From an uncultured Pseudomonadales bacterium (GTDB taxonomy: Bacteria > Patescibacteriota > Microgenomatia > UBA1400 > UBA1396), in the NCBI GenBank assembly GCA_964447905.1, contig CAYUUK010000005.1, forward strand, positions 279 through 64,278: 64,000 bases of DNA, written 5' to 3'. A model generated the notes under the pieces. It searched no databases and was not told the DNA's origin. It was given only the letters and a program-made list of their open reading frames with translations. Shown here in pieces: positions 1-9,878 of this stretch (position 1 is its first letter; every line of letters begins with the position of its first letter). The position numbers and the translations under genes were made by a program.

Positions 1-41
1 CCTATAGGCGCATATAATAGTTCCACCATTCCACAAACAAC

Positions 42-69
42 AAAAAATTGACCCTTCGGTCAGTTTTTT
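42..69. terminator. Bidirectional intrinsic terminator downstream of tRNA-Pro
   Basis: AAAAAA-TTGACC-cttc-GGTCAG-TTTTTT: hairpin with A-tract on one side and T-tract on the other. Confidence 0.75.
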
Positions 70-71
70 AC

Positions 72-148
72 TGGTCGGGATGACTGGACTCGAACCAGCG
101 ACCTCGCGCTCCCAAAGCGCGCGCTCTAGCCATCTGAGCTACATCCCG
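72..148 (-). tRNA. tRNA-Pro (TGG), CCA encoded
   Basis: Reverse complement CGGGATG TAGCTCAG...CGCGC TTTGGGA GCGCG...GGTTCGAGTCC...CATCCCG ACCA folds as a cloverleaf. Confidence 0.95.
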
Positions 149-261
149 AATGACGGCAGACCCGTATTGTACCGCATGTTGGCCATCATAAGTATACTAA
201 AGTATTTGTGCAGCGTACAATGGCGTTAGCGCACATGATGAGCAGAGAAGAGAAAGGAATC

Positions 262-894
262 ATGAAGCACACGCACATTGACGAGATACACTTCACCCAC
301 ATCACCTGGGAAGACTTAGCAGCGCTTACTGAAACGGTGGCAGAGGAGATTCTCCACGCTGAACAGGTACACTCATTTGATCGTATTATTGCCATTGCCA
401 ACGGTGGCTTAACTATGGCCCGCCATTTTGGTGATCGCTTAGGAATGAAGAAGATTAGTCTCTTGCAGACTGCCTTCTACGCTGATATTAACCAGCGTGA
501 GGAAGAGCCAACGGTCTTACAGCCGCTCGCGGTTGATATTACTGATGAGCATGTTTTGGTTTTTGAGGATATTGTTGATACTGGTAAAACGCTTGAGTTT
601 ATTCGCCCGTTGCTGCTTGATCAGTATGGAGCACAGTCAGTAACAATTGCCTCGTTACTCTCTAAATCTTGGGCCAGTGTCCAGCCAGATTTTGTGGCGG
701 CACAGCTGGACACCTGGATTATTTATCCCTACGAAACACGAGAAACCATTGAGTCACCTGCCCAGAAATGGACGCAAGCCGGTCACAACGCATCTGAAAT
801 CAGTAAGCGATTGATGGAAATTGGTTTTAGCACGCAAGATATTCATCGGTATTTTCACTACAATGATACTGCCAATGATACTGCCGGAGCTTGA
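262..894 (+). CDS. Type I phosphoribosyltransferase (purine salvage-like)
   Basis: IANGG, PRPP-binding VLVFEDIVDTGKTL, WIIYPYE; SD-like AAGGA before ATG 262. Confidence 0.85.
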   Translation: MKHTHIDEIHFTHITWEDLAALTETVAEEILHAEQVHSFDRIIAIANGGLTMARHFGDRLGMKKISLLQTAFYADINQREEEPTVLQPLAVDITDEHVLVFEDIVDTGKTLEFIRPLLLDQYGAQSVTIASLLSKSWASVQPDFVAAQLDTWIIYPYETRETIESPAQKWTQAGHNASEISKRLMEIGFSTQDIHRYFHYNDTANDTAGA

Positions 895-1370
895 TGAGCG
901 TCACGCAATTTAAAACCCTTCAGCGAAAAATTCCTACTTGGTTTCAGGCTGTTTGGTTGTGGTTGGTTATACTTTGCTGGGGTGCCTTCTCGGCTCCCGG
1001 TTGGGCTGGACAGTTTTTTGCCAAAGCGAGAGAAGTAAAGCACTTTGCGTTGCTTTCACCTCAAGAGCAACAGGCGGCTATATATGGGAGTGAGATGGCA
1101 CTTTTGCAAATGAAAGTGGTAGATTATACGCAAGAAGAATCAGATGTACTGCTTGTTGTGCCAGAAAAACCTCGCCAGTATGCAATTGGGAATAATCCGC
1201 CTCTACTGCGCGCGGTTACGCAGGGTTCGTTTGAAGTTGCTTCTATTACACAGGTAGCGAGTGACGAAGCCGGAATTGTTTTCTGGCACCCGGAACAGGC
1301 TATACACACCACTGAAGTACCTGCTCAAGTGGAAAGAGTTTCTTTAGAAAAAGAGAAAGTAGTAGAGTGA
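894..1370 (+). CDS. Hypothetical membrane-anchored protein
   Basis: N-terminal hydrophobic segment; TGATG overlap upstream and GTGA overlap downstream. Confidence 0.6.
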   Translation: MSVTQFKTLQRKIPTWFQAVWLWLVILCWGAFSAPGWAGQFFAKAREVKHFALLSPQEQQAAIYGSEMALLQMKVVDYTQEESDVLLVVPEKPRQYAIGNNPPLLRAVTQGSFEVASITQVASDEAGIVFWHPEQAIHTTEVPAQVERVSLEKEKVVE

Positions 1371-2821
1371 TTGCGTTGGTACTTCTTGGACTGTTTTTAG
1401 CTGGAGCTCTGTTTTTTCGGGCGCTCTTCCAACGTCCGCTCACCTCTTTTGAATGGATTTTTGCGTATCCAGTAGGGCTTGCACTCACCGGTCTCTATCT
1501 TTTTCTTGGATGGTTGGCGTTGGTGCCATTTTGGCTTTTGACTGCATTTTGGTGGTTCAGTCTCGTACTGGGCGTGCTTTTTGGATGGAAACAGTGGCAT
1601 TTTGAGAGAGAGGTACAGGACACATTGCGTCTTATGACGCAAACAATTCGACAGGGAATTCGAGAACTGTTTGAGAGCAAGCCACCATTTTCGCACTGGC
1701 CGTTACTGTATATGGGTGCGGTCGTTGGTGTTGCCGCGCTGGTTGTGCTTGCTTGGCAGATTGCCTTCCCGCCGCTGAGTTGGGACTCACTCGCTTTGTA
1801 TGATTTTCGAGCGCAACGAGTCGTTGAAGGTTGGCAGATCCAGGATTTTGCTCGGCAATTTACCCGGATGCCAGAGTACCAGGCTTACGACTTTTTGCAT
1901 CCAATAACCAGTAGTTTGTGGTGGGCACTCGTGTATCAGTCAGGCGGTGCGCAGGTCTTGATGCTGTACTCCGCCTTACTCTTTACGGTGGTGCTGGCTG
2001 GGTGGAGTGTCTGGAAAACCTGGAGCGCTCGAGTAGTGTGGAGTTTTTTGTGGCTGAGTCTTCCGGCGGTATTCGTTTCGCTAACGGAAGGGTATGGAGC
2101 GTATCCGGCTAATCTCTATTGGGCACTCTTTGGACTGTGGTTTTTCGGTAAAGGAGGTGATCAGCTGAATGAACTACAGCGTTGGCAACCGTATCTGGTA
2201 GCTGGACTCTGTATTCTCGGTTCGGTGAGTGGGCGAGTAACTGAGTATTATTGGCTGGGCGTGTTATTGGTGAGTAGTGGTATTCTGGCTTATTTTGGAA
2301 GACATCAGATGGTAAAAACTGTGAAAAACTTTATGGCTTTGTGGCTGCTGCCGCTGATAAGTGTCGGTGTGTGGTTAGGAGCGCGAAGTTGGGCGGTACA
2401 GGTGAGTGGGGCTAGTGACGAGGATCGATCGATTGTCCACTTGGTGCAGTCGCTGTGGGACTCTGGACTCGCCCCTGTGTGGACAGCACTGCAGGCTGAG
2501 TTTGCACACTGGATATTCTCACCACTTTTGCCTTGGTTGGTTCTTGTTGCAGTGGGAGTGTGGATGTTCTGGCGTACTCGCCGCCAGTGGCCACGATTGT
2601 GGAGTGTATGGGGAGTGATGCTGGTGGTGAATGGAGGCATTCTGCTTGCCGGCATGGTGGCACTTCATATTGTTTTTGGAGAACGGTGGGAAGAGGCCAG
2701 ACAAGCGATGGATCGGGCAATTATGCCGCTTTTGGCTCTGATATTTATGTGGCTGGCTGATCTGACGAATCGATTTTTCCTTTCAGCTTCTGAGTCAGGC
2801 ACCTCTCGACAGAAAAAGTAA
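1367..2821 (+). CDS. Polytopic membrane protein, possibly a GT-C-fold glycosyltransferase
   Basis: Many TM segments, WDSLALYDFRA loop motif, glycan-gene context. Confidence 0.6.
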   Translation: MIALVLLGLFLAGALFFRALFQRPLTSFEWIFAYPVGLALTGLYLFLGWLALVPFWLLTAFWWFSLVLGVLFGWKQWHFEREVQDTLRLMTQTIRQGIRELFESKPPFSHWPLLYMGAVVGVAALVVLAWQIAFPPLSWDSLALYDFRAQRVVEGWQIQDFARQFTRMPEYQAYDFLHPITSSLWWALVYQSGGAQVLMLYSALLFTVVLAGWSVWKTWSARVVWSFLWLSLPAVFVSLTEGYGAYPANLYWALFGLWFFGKGGDQLNELQRWQPYLVAGLCILGSVSGRVTEYYWLGVLLVSSGILAYFGRHQMVKTVKNFMALWLLPLISVGVWLGARSWAVQVSGASDEDRSIVHLVQSLWDSGLAPVWTALQAEFAHWIFSPLLPWLVLVAVGVWMFWRTRRQWPRLWSVWGVMLVVNGGILLAGMVALHIVFGERWEEARQAMDRAIMPLLALIFMWLADLTNRFFLSASESGTSRQKK

Positions 2822-2841
2822 GTGTGGTACGCTAACTCGAG

Positions 2842-3198
2842 ATGTGGATTTTTCAAGTGAGCATGGCACTTTTTGCGGTGAGCATGCTCTATGTGCTCAG
2901 AATTCATTACCGCAAGCATCGCTTAAGTGCTTTTGAGTTTGGGTGTTGGGTGGCCGTTTGGCTCAGTTTTGTTGGTTTTGCTTTGGTTCCATCGGTTTTA
3001 CAAGGGGTAGCTGATGTCTTGCGCATTGGTCGGGTATTTGACCTGCTTGTGATTGCCGCGTTTATTATTTTGAGTACCGTGGTTATGGGCACACGTCTTC
3101 TGGTTTTAAAGGTGCGTGACCAGCTGGAGCAGCTGGTGAGAATGCAAGCACTGCAACGAGCGGAGTACGAAAAAGAAGTTTCTCGACTGAAAAAGTAA
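2842..3198 (+). CDS. DUF2304-like small membrane protein
   Basis: 118 aa, 3 TMs, IGRVFDL motif, next to a GT2. Confidence 0.7.
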   Translation: MWIFQVSMALFAVSMLYVLRIHYRKHRLSAFEFGCWVAVWLSFVGFALVPSVLQGVADVLRIGRVFDLLVIAAFIILSTVVMGTRLLVLKVRDQLEQLVRMQALQRAEYEKEVSRLKK

Positions 3199-3203
3199 AA
3201 ACT

Positions 3204-4001
3204 ATGTCAGTTTCCCTTCCCACAATTTCGCTGGTGATGCCAAGTTACAACCAAGTGCAGTTTTTGCGCGGTGCACTGGAAAGTGTGTTGCAGCAAGGAT
3301 ATCCAAAATTGCAGTTGATTGTGCGTGATGGTGGCTCTACTGATGGCTCGGTAGATGTCCTGCGCTCGTATGGCTCGCGATTCCAGTGGGTTTCTGAGTC
3401 CGATGGTGGGCAAACCGCAGCTTTGAATGCGGGCTTTGCGCAGGCTACTGGAGAGATTATTGGTTTTTTGAATAGTGATGATCTTTTACTCCCCAATACA
3501 CTCTGGGAAGTAGCGGGACTGTTCCGTCTGTTTCCAGATTTGAACTGGGTAACTGGAGACTATCAGATTATTGATGAACATGGACAGTTGCGAGATCCGC
3601 TGATCAAACAGTATAAAACTTGGCAACGAAGTATGTTTCGCCATAGCCCTGCACTTTTTCCGCTCATTCTCGGAGTAAATAATCCGATTGTGCAACCAAG
3701 TACTTTTTGGCGCCGAGATATTCATGATCAAGGTGCTCGCTTACGCGAAGATCTCGATCTGGTAATGGATTACGAGTGGTGGTGGCAGCTGTATCATGCG
3801 TATGGATCACCGCTTGTGGTGCCGTATGAATGGTCAGCATTTCGTGTGCATGCTGACTCAAAAGGGGGGAAGTACTTTGCCGAGCGCCTCAATGAGCAGC
3901 TGGAAGTGGCTAAAGAGTACCAGATTTCAGCAGGACTCCAAAATATTCACGCTTTTCACAATCAAGTTGTGACCTGGATGTATGAGCGCGGCATTTCGTG
4001 A
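3204..4001 (+). CDS. Glycosyltransferase family 2
   Basis: PSYNQ, DGGSTDGS, FLNSDD, QPSTFW, MDYE. Confidence 0.9.
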   Translation: MSVSLPTISLVMPSYNQVQFLRGALESVLQQGYPKLQLIVRDGGSTDGSVDVLRSYGSRFQWVSESDGGQTAALNAGFAQATGEIIGFLNSDDLLLPNTLWEVAGLFRLFPDLNWVTGDYQIIDEHGQLRDPLIKQYKTWQRSMFRHSPALFPLILGVNNPIVQPSTFWRRDIHDQGARLREDLDLVMDYEWWWQLYHAYGSPLVVPYEWSAFRVHADSKGGKYFAERLNEQLEVAKEYQISAGLQNIHAFHNQVVTWMYERGIS

Positions 4002-4014
4002 TGCGTTGAGAAAT

Positions 4015-5004
4015 TTACTCTGAGAGCGTGGCCTGCACTTGAGCCTCGATCCAGTTATAGGTGCGGCGCAAGCCTTCTTCTAAACTGATTTCTGGTTCCC
4101 ACTTGAGGACTTCTTTCAGCTTGGTGTTGTCTGAGTTTCGGCCGCGTACTCCTTGAGGACCCTCAATGTGTTTTTTGGAGATCTCGACGCCAGCGATAGT
4201 GGCAATAATGTCGGCAAGTTCATTGATAGTTACCATGCGGTCTTGCCCGATGTTGAGCGGCTCAGAATACTCGGAGTTCATAAGCAGGTGTAAGCCGGTG
4301 ACGGCATCGTCTACGTAACAGAAGGAGCGAGTTTGTTCACCGTCGCCCCAGATTTCAATTTCGTGGTTGCCGGTGAGTTTTGCGGTGGCGATTTTTCGAC
4401 AGAGAGCTGCTGGGGCTTTCTCGCGGCCACCTTGCCAGGTTCCCTCAGGACCAAAAATATTGTGGAAGCGAGTTACTCGCGTTTCGATTCCATAGTCCTG
4501 CTGGTAGTAATGACAGAATCGCTCAGAAATGAGTTTTTCCCAACCATAGGCGTCTTGTGGGTTGGCTGGATAGGCATCTTCTTCTTTGAGGGGCTGCAGA
4601 TTGGTGATTTCTTGTTTTTCAACAGGGTAGATACAGGCTGAAGAGGTATACAGATATTTTTTGACGCCATTTTTCTGTGCGGCATCTAAAGTGTGCGTAT
4701 TTATCAGAGAGTTGTCATGCAAAATGACAGCATCGTGGCTGGAAATGTATCCCATCCCGCCCATATCAGCGGCTAAGGCATAGACTTGATCAATGTCTTT
4801 GGTCGCGGTAAGTGCGGACTCTTTTTCCCTCAGATCGAGCAGTAGAAACTCATCGGCTACGGTCTCAGAGAATTCTGGCTTTTTGATGTCCACTCCACGC
4901 ACCCAGTACCCGCGTTCTTTGAGAAAAGCAACTAAATGGTGGCCAATAAAGCCTCCAGCACCGGTGACTAAAACTCTGGTTGATGCAGTATCTTTTGTGG
5001 ACAT
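4015..5004 (-). CDS. NAD-dependent epimerase, GDP-mannose 3,5-epimerase-like
   Basis: GAGGFIG, AADMGGMG, SSACIYP, YGWEK, GGREKAPAA, GVRGRNSDN. Confidence 0.88.
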   Translation of the reverse strand: MSTKDTASTRVLVTGAGGFIGHHLVAFLKERGYWVRGVDIKKPEFSETVADEFLLLDLREKESALTATKDIDQVYALAADMGGMGYISSHDAVILHDNSLINTHTLDAAQKNGVKKYLYTSSACIYPVEKQEITNLQPLKEEDAYPANPQDAYGWEKLISERFCHYYQQDYGIETRVTRFHNIFGPEGTWQGGREKAPAALCRKIATAKLTGNHEIEIWGDGEQTRSFCYVDDAVTGLHLLMNSEYSEPLNIGQDRMVTINELADIIATIAGVEISKKHIEGPQGVRGRNSDNTKLKEVLKWEPEISLEEGLRRTYNWIEAQVQATLSE

Positions 5005-5035
5005 GTATGACTCCAATTCTATTCGTGCTCACATC

Positions 5036-5626
5036 TTAGCGAGAGAAACCTTCGTACGCAACGCGGGGAATGATGCCAGCCTTATCAACTGGCCAGTAGC
5101 GTAGAAAGGCGCGACCAACTATATTTTGTTTGCCAATAGGTCCCCACACGCGCGAGTCTGAGGAAAAAGGGCGGTTATCGCCAACTACGAAGTACTCGTT
5201 TTCACCCAAAAATACTTCCCGTCCGCCAGCGGTAAACTCACCGGCTTTGGTGTAGTTTTCAGGAGGAATGTAGGGTTCTGGAAGCGCTTGACCATTAATG
5301 TAGATAGCATTGTCGTGCACTGAGAGGGTATCGCCGGGCAAGCCAATGACACGTTTAATAAAGTCACAGCCAGTCCCCTGTGCACAACCAGCCGCCTCAG
5401 GGGCATGAAACACTACCACGTCGCCGCGTCGTGGTTCGCCAGTTTGGTAGGACACTTTGTCGGTGAGGACATACTCACCGCTGAGAAAAGTGGGTTCCAT
5501 GGACTGTCCATTTACCTGGTGTGGTTGCATGAAGAACAGATACACCACCAAAAAAATGGAAAGAGCAACGACAACTGTTTCAACAATGTCGAGCATGGCA
5601 CCGCTTATGCGCTGGAAAATACTCAT
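5036..5626 (-). CDS. lepB: Signal peptidase I
   Basis: GQSMEPT, FIKRVIGLPGD, GDNRPFSSDSR; start placed at MSIFQR. Confidence 0.93.
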   Translation of the reverse strand: MSIFQRISGAMLDIVETVVVALSIFLVVYLFFMQPHQVNGQSMEPTFLSGEYVLTDKVSYQTGEPRRGDVVVFHAPEAAGCAQGTGCDFIKRVIGLPGDTLSVHDNAIYINGQALPEPYIPPENYTKAGEFTAGGREVFLGENEYFVVGDNRPFSSDSRVWGPIGKQNIVGRAFLRYWPVDKAGIIPRVAYEGFSR

Positions 5627-5701
5627 ACAGCGTATTGTGGCACGCTCATGAGAGGCATGCAATACGAAAAGAATGCTGCTCCATGGCGTATAATAGGCCG
5701 C

Positions 5702-6439
5702 ATGCAAGTTCATGCAGTGCGAACACCTCAGATTGTACAGGCCGGTGATGATTTGAAATCGATTCTTCGGGAGAGTATTGATTCACTTCCTGAGCGTTCG
5801 GTGGTAGCCATTACTTCCAAGATCGTGAGTTTGGCCCAAGGTCGAGTTGTTGCTTCGAACACAGTTCAAAAACACGATCTCATTCGCCAAGAAGCCGATT
5901 TGTATACCGAGCCAACATCTTCCAAGTACGACATAATGCTCACGGTCACTGATGGCCACCTTTGTGTCAATGCTGGCATCGACGAATCAAATGCCAGTGA
6001 AGGCTATGTGTTGTGGCCAGAAGATTCTCAGCAGGTAGCCAACGAAGTATGGCAGTTTTTACGTGAAGAGTATGGGGTGAAAGAGCTGGGCGTCATTATT
6101 ACCGATAGTCGCACTCAGCCGCTCTATTGGGGAGTTATTGGCGCTACTTTGGCCCATTGTGGCTTTAAAGCGCTTAATACTCTGATCGGCACACCAGATT
6201 TATACGGTCGAGAAATGCGTATGACGCAGGAAAGTGTGTACCAAGCACTTGCGGTTGCTGCGGTATTTGAAATGGGCGAAGGCGCACAGCAAACACCTCT
6301 GGCTATTATCAGCGACATTCGTCAGATTACTTTTCAGAATCGGCCACCGACGCAAGAAGAGTTAGCCGCTCTGCACATTGAGCTCGAAGATGATGTCTAT
6401 GCGCCAATTTTGATGAAAGCTGAGTGGAAAAAACTTTAA
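5702..6439 (+). CDS. CofE-like (F420-0:gamma-glutamyl ligase family) glutamate ligase
   Basis: ITSKIVSLAQGR, NAGIDESN, GVIITDS, DLYGR, MGEGAQQTPLA. Confidence 0.85.
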   Translation: MQVHAVRTPQIVQAGDDLKSILRESIDSLPERSVVAITSKIVSLAQGRVVASNTVQKHDLIRQEADLYTEPTSSKYDIMLTVTDGHLCVNAGIDESNASEGYVLWPEDSQQVANEVWQFLREEYGVKELGVIITDSRTQPLYWGVIGATLAHCGFKALNTLIGTPDLYGREMRMTQESVYQALAVAAVFEMGEGAQQTPLAIISDIRQITFQNRPPTQEELAALHIELEDDVYAPILMKAEWKKL

Positions 6440-6471
6440 AAAGAAAGTATAAATAGTAAAAAAGGAGTTTT

Positions 6472-6744
6472 GTGGCAAGAGGAGAAGGTGTTTCTGTAAC
6501 ATTTCGTTACACGAAAGATGGTAAAGACGGTGAAATGGTGTACGACGGTACGAACTCTGTAGCTGAGTACCAACAGGCGAAGCGCAAGTTTGAAAACCTT
6601 GTTGGACAAGTGTCGACACTCTCTAGATTTCGTGTCAGTTTTGAGAAAAATGGCAAAGTGGTTGATAGCTTTTTCAAAGCTGCTACGGAGTTTTACGGAC
6701 TTCCTAGGTCTGAGGCCCAAGAATTAGATGAGGATAACAGATAA
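6472..6744 (+). CDS. Hypothetical 90-aa protein
   Basis: AAGGAG before GTG start; fills the gap before tyrS. Confidence 0.6.
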   Translation: MARGEGVSVTFRYTKDGKDGEMVYDGTNSVAEYQQAKRKFENLVGQVSTLSRFRVSFEKNGKVVDSFFKAATEFYGLPRSEAQELDEDNR

Positions 6745-6761
6745 TCCGGTACAATACCCCT

Positions 6762-7958
6762 ATGTCTGATTTACCAAAACATACTTTAACGCCTGAATTG
6801 GCTTTACGCCGCGGCGTTGATCAGATCTTGCCTGATGCCGATGCACTGGCAAAGGAGATGAATCAACGCTCTATTCGGTTGTATTTAGGCATCGATCCAA
6901 CGGGAAATCAGCTGCATCTGGGCCATGCGGTGGTACTGCGAAAGCTACAGCAGTTTGCCGAACTTGGGCACGAAGTTATCTTGCTCATTGGCAATGGCAC
7001 CGTTAAAATCGGTGATCCCACCGGCAAAGACAAAACTCGTCCCATGATTACCGACGAAGAAATCGAAGCTAACTTCCACAACTGGAAAGAGCAGGCGAGT
7101 ACGATTCTTGATTTTGACAAAATCACTATTCGCCGCAATGGTGACTGGTATGACGAGATGAATTTCTCTGAGCTGATCCGGTTGTTTTCCAATATGACCG
7201 TGCAGCAGCTTATGGAGCGTGATATGTTCCAGGAGCGTTTGAAAAACAACGCTCCCATTCACGCTCACGAAATTCTCTACCCAATTTTGCAAGGATATGA
7301 CTCTGTGGCCATGGAAGTGGATCTCGAGCTTGGTGGCACCGACCAAATCTTTAACATGATGGTCGGCCGACAGATGCTCAGGAGTATGAATGACCGTGAA
7401 AAATGGGTGCTGGCTGTGCCACTGCTCATTGGTACCGATGGTCGCAAGATGGGCAAGTCACTCGGTAACTTTATTGCTCTCACTGAAGCCCCACGCGACA
7501 TGTACGGCAAGCTGATGTCAGTTACCGACGAAATTATTACGCAGTACTTCCGTTTGCTGACCGACGTGGCCGACGAAGAGATCGACGACATGGACGCACA
7601 GATGGCGAATGGTGCGAACCCGATGGAGTTTAAGAAGCAGCTTGCTTTCACGATTACGGCTGATCTGCATGACACGTCGGCCGCTGAAGATGCCCAAGCC
7701 TACTTTGAGCGGACGGTGCAGCAGGGTGAGGTGCCGAAGAATATGCCGACACTTTCTCTTTCTCAGCAAGAAATCAGTGTTCTCGATCTTGTGATGGCCT
7801 CACAAGTTCCTGGGAGTCGCAGCGAGGGACGACGACTGATCGAACAAGGCGGGGTGAGTGTAAATGACGAAAAACTCACCGACCCCACTGCCGAAATTTC
7901 ACCTCAGTCCGGAGCCGTACTAAAAGTAGGAAAGCGAAATTGGTTTCGCATTGAGTAA
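6762..7958 (+). CDS. tyrS: Tyrosine--tRNA ligase
   Basis: GIDPTG, HLGH, QGYDSV, GGTDQ, KMGKS, C-terminal S4 domain. Confidence 0.96.
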   Translation: MSDLPKHTLTPELALRRGVDQILPDADALAKEMNQRSIRLYLGIDPTGNQLHLGHAVVLRKLQQFAELGHEVILLIGNGTVKIGDPTGKDKTRPMITDEEIEANFHNWKEQASTILDFDKITIRRNGDWYDEMNFSELIRLFSNMTVQQLMERDMFQERLKNNAPIHAHEILYPILQGYDSVAMEVDLELGGTDQIFNMMVGRQMLRSMNDREKWVLAVPLLIGTDGRKMGKSLGNFIALTEAPRDMYGKLMSVTDEIITQYFRLLTDVADEEIDDMDAQMANGANPMEFKKQLAFTITADLHDTSAAEDAQAYFERTVQQGEVPKNMPTLSLSQQEISVLDLVMASQVPGSRSEGRRLIEQGGVSVNDEKLTDPTAEISPQSGAVLKVGKRNWFRIE

Positions 7959-7970
7959 GAAAGTGGAAAT

Positions 7971-8519
7971 ATGACAGCAGAGAGAACACCAACACCAAGT
8001 GGTGCGAGTAATACTGAAAGCCGCGAAGGAGCTGAAAACCAGACATTTTCTGAAGTACTGATTCCTGGTCACTTGAGCTACTTAGAAAGTGTCTTAGGTG
8101 TAGACTCAATTGATAATACAGTGGATGGCCTTGAATCGCTTTTGCGGGAGAACACAGAAGATGTTCTTACGGCACTGATGTTGGAATTGAATCAGATGGA
8201 TATCGCAGCAGTTATCCGCGGTGCCGAAGAAACTCTTGAAAGCTCAAGTAGTTCTCGGGCTGCAGAACAACTAATGTTAGCAAAAAGAACTCTTGAACCT
8301 AAAAGAGTTTTGGTGCGACTTATTTCACCGTATGTGCAGAATTTGACCGACCCGGGTCGGCAGAGATTGACTCAACTGCAAGAAGCCCTCAATGAAGAGA
8401 ATCCAGATTCTTACATGACAGAAATTGCCAGAGTCGAGGGAAAAATAGAGCAAGCTCGTGCAGCGGCTAAGCAGCGACAAGCTGAAATTCTGGCACTAAG
8501 AGATAAACGGTCAGAGTAG
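7971..8519 (+). CDS. Hypothetical helical/coiled-coil protein
   Basis: 182-aa Glu-rich ORF; no recognised family. Confidence 0.6.
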   Translation: MTAERTPTPSGASNTESREGAENQTFSEVLIPGHLSYLESVLGVDSIDNTVDGLESLLRENTEDVLTALMLELNQMDIAAVIRGAEETLESSSSSRAAEQLMLAKRTLEPKRVLVRLISPYVQNLTDPGRQRLTQLQEALNEENPDSYMTEIARVEGKIEQARAAAKQRQAEILALRDKRSE

Positions 8520-8577
8520 GCCTACTCAGCTCTTTACGAGTATTGGTTTTTCGGTGCTCTCTGCGTAAGATACTCTT

Positions 8578-9864
8578 ATGACTGCTTTTCAAAAAGTGTG
8601 GCGCTTAGCGCTTCGATCCCCAGCCCTTCGCCAATCAGCCGTCGCGATGGTCGGTACTGGCTTGACCGGCGCTCTCATGGCCGCGGCCATGATTATGGCC
8701 TCGCGCTTTATGGGCCCGATTGATTTTGGTATTTTCTCGGTGGCTATTGCCATCATGATGATTCTCACCAAAGGTACAGATCTTGGTTTAAATCAGCTCT
8801 TTCCTCGGCTACTCAATCAGTGGCACACGCAGCCGGAAATCCAGGAAAATTTCTTGGCGCAGATGGTGAAGTGGCGAGTGATTCTTTCTGTCGTGACGAT
8901 GGTAATTGGGGTGATGAGCATTCCGATGTTGATGCAGTGGCTTGATTTTCCCCATATGAGCATTCTGGTTCTGGCGGTGCTCGGTGCAGTTTTGGTGGGA
9001 TGGTATGAGCATGGGTACTTACTGTTATCTGCTAGGCATAAGTTTGTGAGTGTCGCTGTGATGAGTGTGTTGCAGGCAGTCTTGAAGCTGGTTGTCTTTG
9101 CTGGATTATTTTTTTCTGGTTTTGGAACTACTTTTTTGATCTCGCTGATCTACTTTATTTCTCCCTTTGTGAGTTTGTTGGTGGTGGCTCAATTGACGCG
9201 CTTTGCTTGGCTGCGCAAGGCGGTTCCAACGCACCAAGCAGTATCGCGAGCGATTCGGCGATTTTGGCCGCATGCTGCTGTTGGGTCGATTGCCATTACG
9301 CTCATTAATAATGTCGATGTATTGCTGGTGCAAGGCTCACTCAACAGTTTAGAAACTGGCTTATATGCTGGTGCTACTCGGTTAGCTTCCTTTGTTGTGC
9401 TGATTACGTACGCGGTGAGTTCTGTGTTGAACAATCGCGTGAGTCGTTACCGGACGAAAGCTGACTTACGCTCCTATCTTTGGAAGTCCTTGAGTTTGGT
9501 GGGACTTTCTTTTGTAGGATTCTTATTTTTCGTGCCTATAGCGCGCGAGATTATGTGGTGGACAATCGGTCCAGAATACCTGGCTGGTTTAGTGCCGTTT
9601 ATTATTTTAATGGCCAATGCTTTGCTCGGGTTTGCGCTCGTGCCGTATACCAGTTACTTTTTTGCGGTGGATGCGCCGAGTTATCACTCCATTGGTGGTG
9701 TGATTCAAGTGGTGATCATTGTGGGTGGAAACATGCTGTATTTACAGTCTCACGGCTTGCTCGCGGCAGCGGGAATTCGACTGTTAGCCACCATCATTTT
9801 TGCGCTCTATACCGCGTTCATGATTGCGCTGACTTGGAAAAAAGTCGGGGCAGAAAACTCGTAG
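8578..9864 (+). CDS. Wzx-type oligosaccharide flippase
   Basis: About 12 TMs, GPIDFG, DLGL, NVDVLL, GLYAGA. Confidence 0.82.
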   Translation: MTAFQKVWRLALRSPALRQSAVAMVGTGLTGALMAAAMIMASRFMGPIDFGIFSVAIAIMMILTKGTDLGLNQLFPRLLNQWHTQPEIQENFLAQMVKWRVILSVVTMVIGVMSIPMLMQWLDFPHMSILVLAVLGAVLVGWYEHGYLLLSARHKFVSVAVMSVLQAVLKLVVFAGLFFSGFGTTFLISLIYFISPFVSLLVVAQLTRFAWLRKAVPTHQAVSRAIRRFWPHAAVGSIAITLINNVDVLLVQGSLNSLETGLYAGATRLASFVVLITYAVSSVLNNRVSRYRTKADLRSYLWKSLSLVGLSFVGFLFFVPIAREIMWWTIGPEYLAGLVPFIILMANALLGFALVPYTSYFFAVDAPSYHSIGGVIQVVIIVGGNMLYLQSHGLLAAAGIRLLATIIFALYTAFMIALTWKKVGAENS

Positions 9865-9878
9865 ATTTCTTGTCGAAG

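Noticed and set aside
1-12. CCTATAGGCGCA might be the 3' end of a plus-strand tRNA using the same terminator
   Set aside because: Only 12 nt are visible; it cannot be supported.
865-885. Short tandem repeat AATGATACTGCC-AATGATACTGCC (NDTANDTA)
   Set aside because: Two copies inside a C-terminal tail; no sign of function.
5405-5713. Long head-to-head overlap of lepB and the CofE-like ORF in the track
   Set aside because: Artefact of over-extended starts; starts at 5626 and 5702 leave a divergent promoter gap.
8514-8527. Perfect 14-bp palindrome GAGTAGGCCTACTC at a stop codon
   Set aside because: Single occurrence, no loop or clear U-tract; may be chance.
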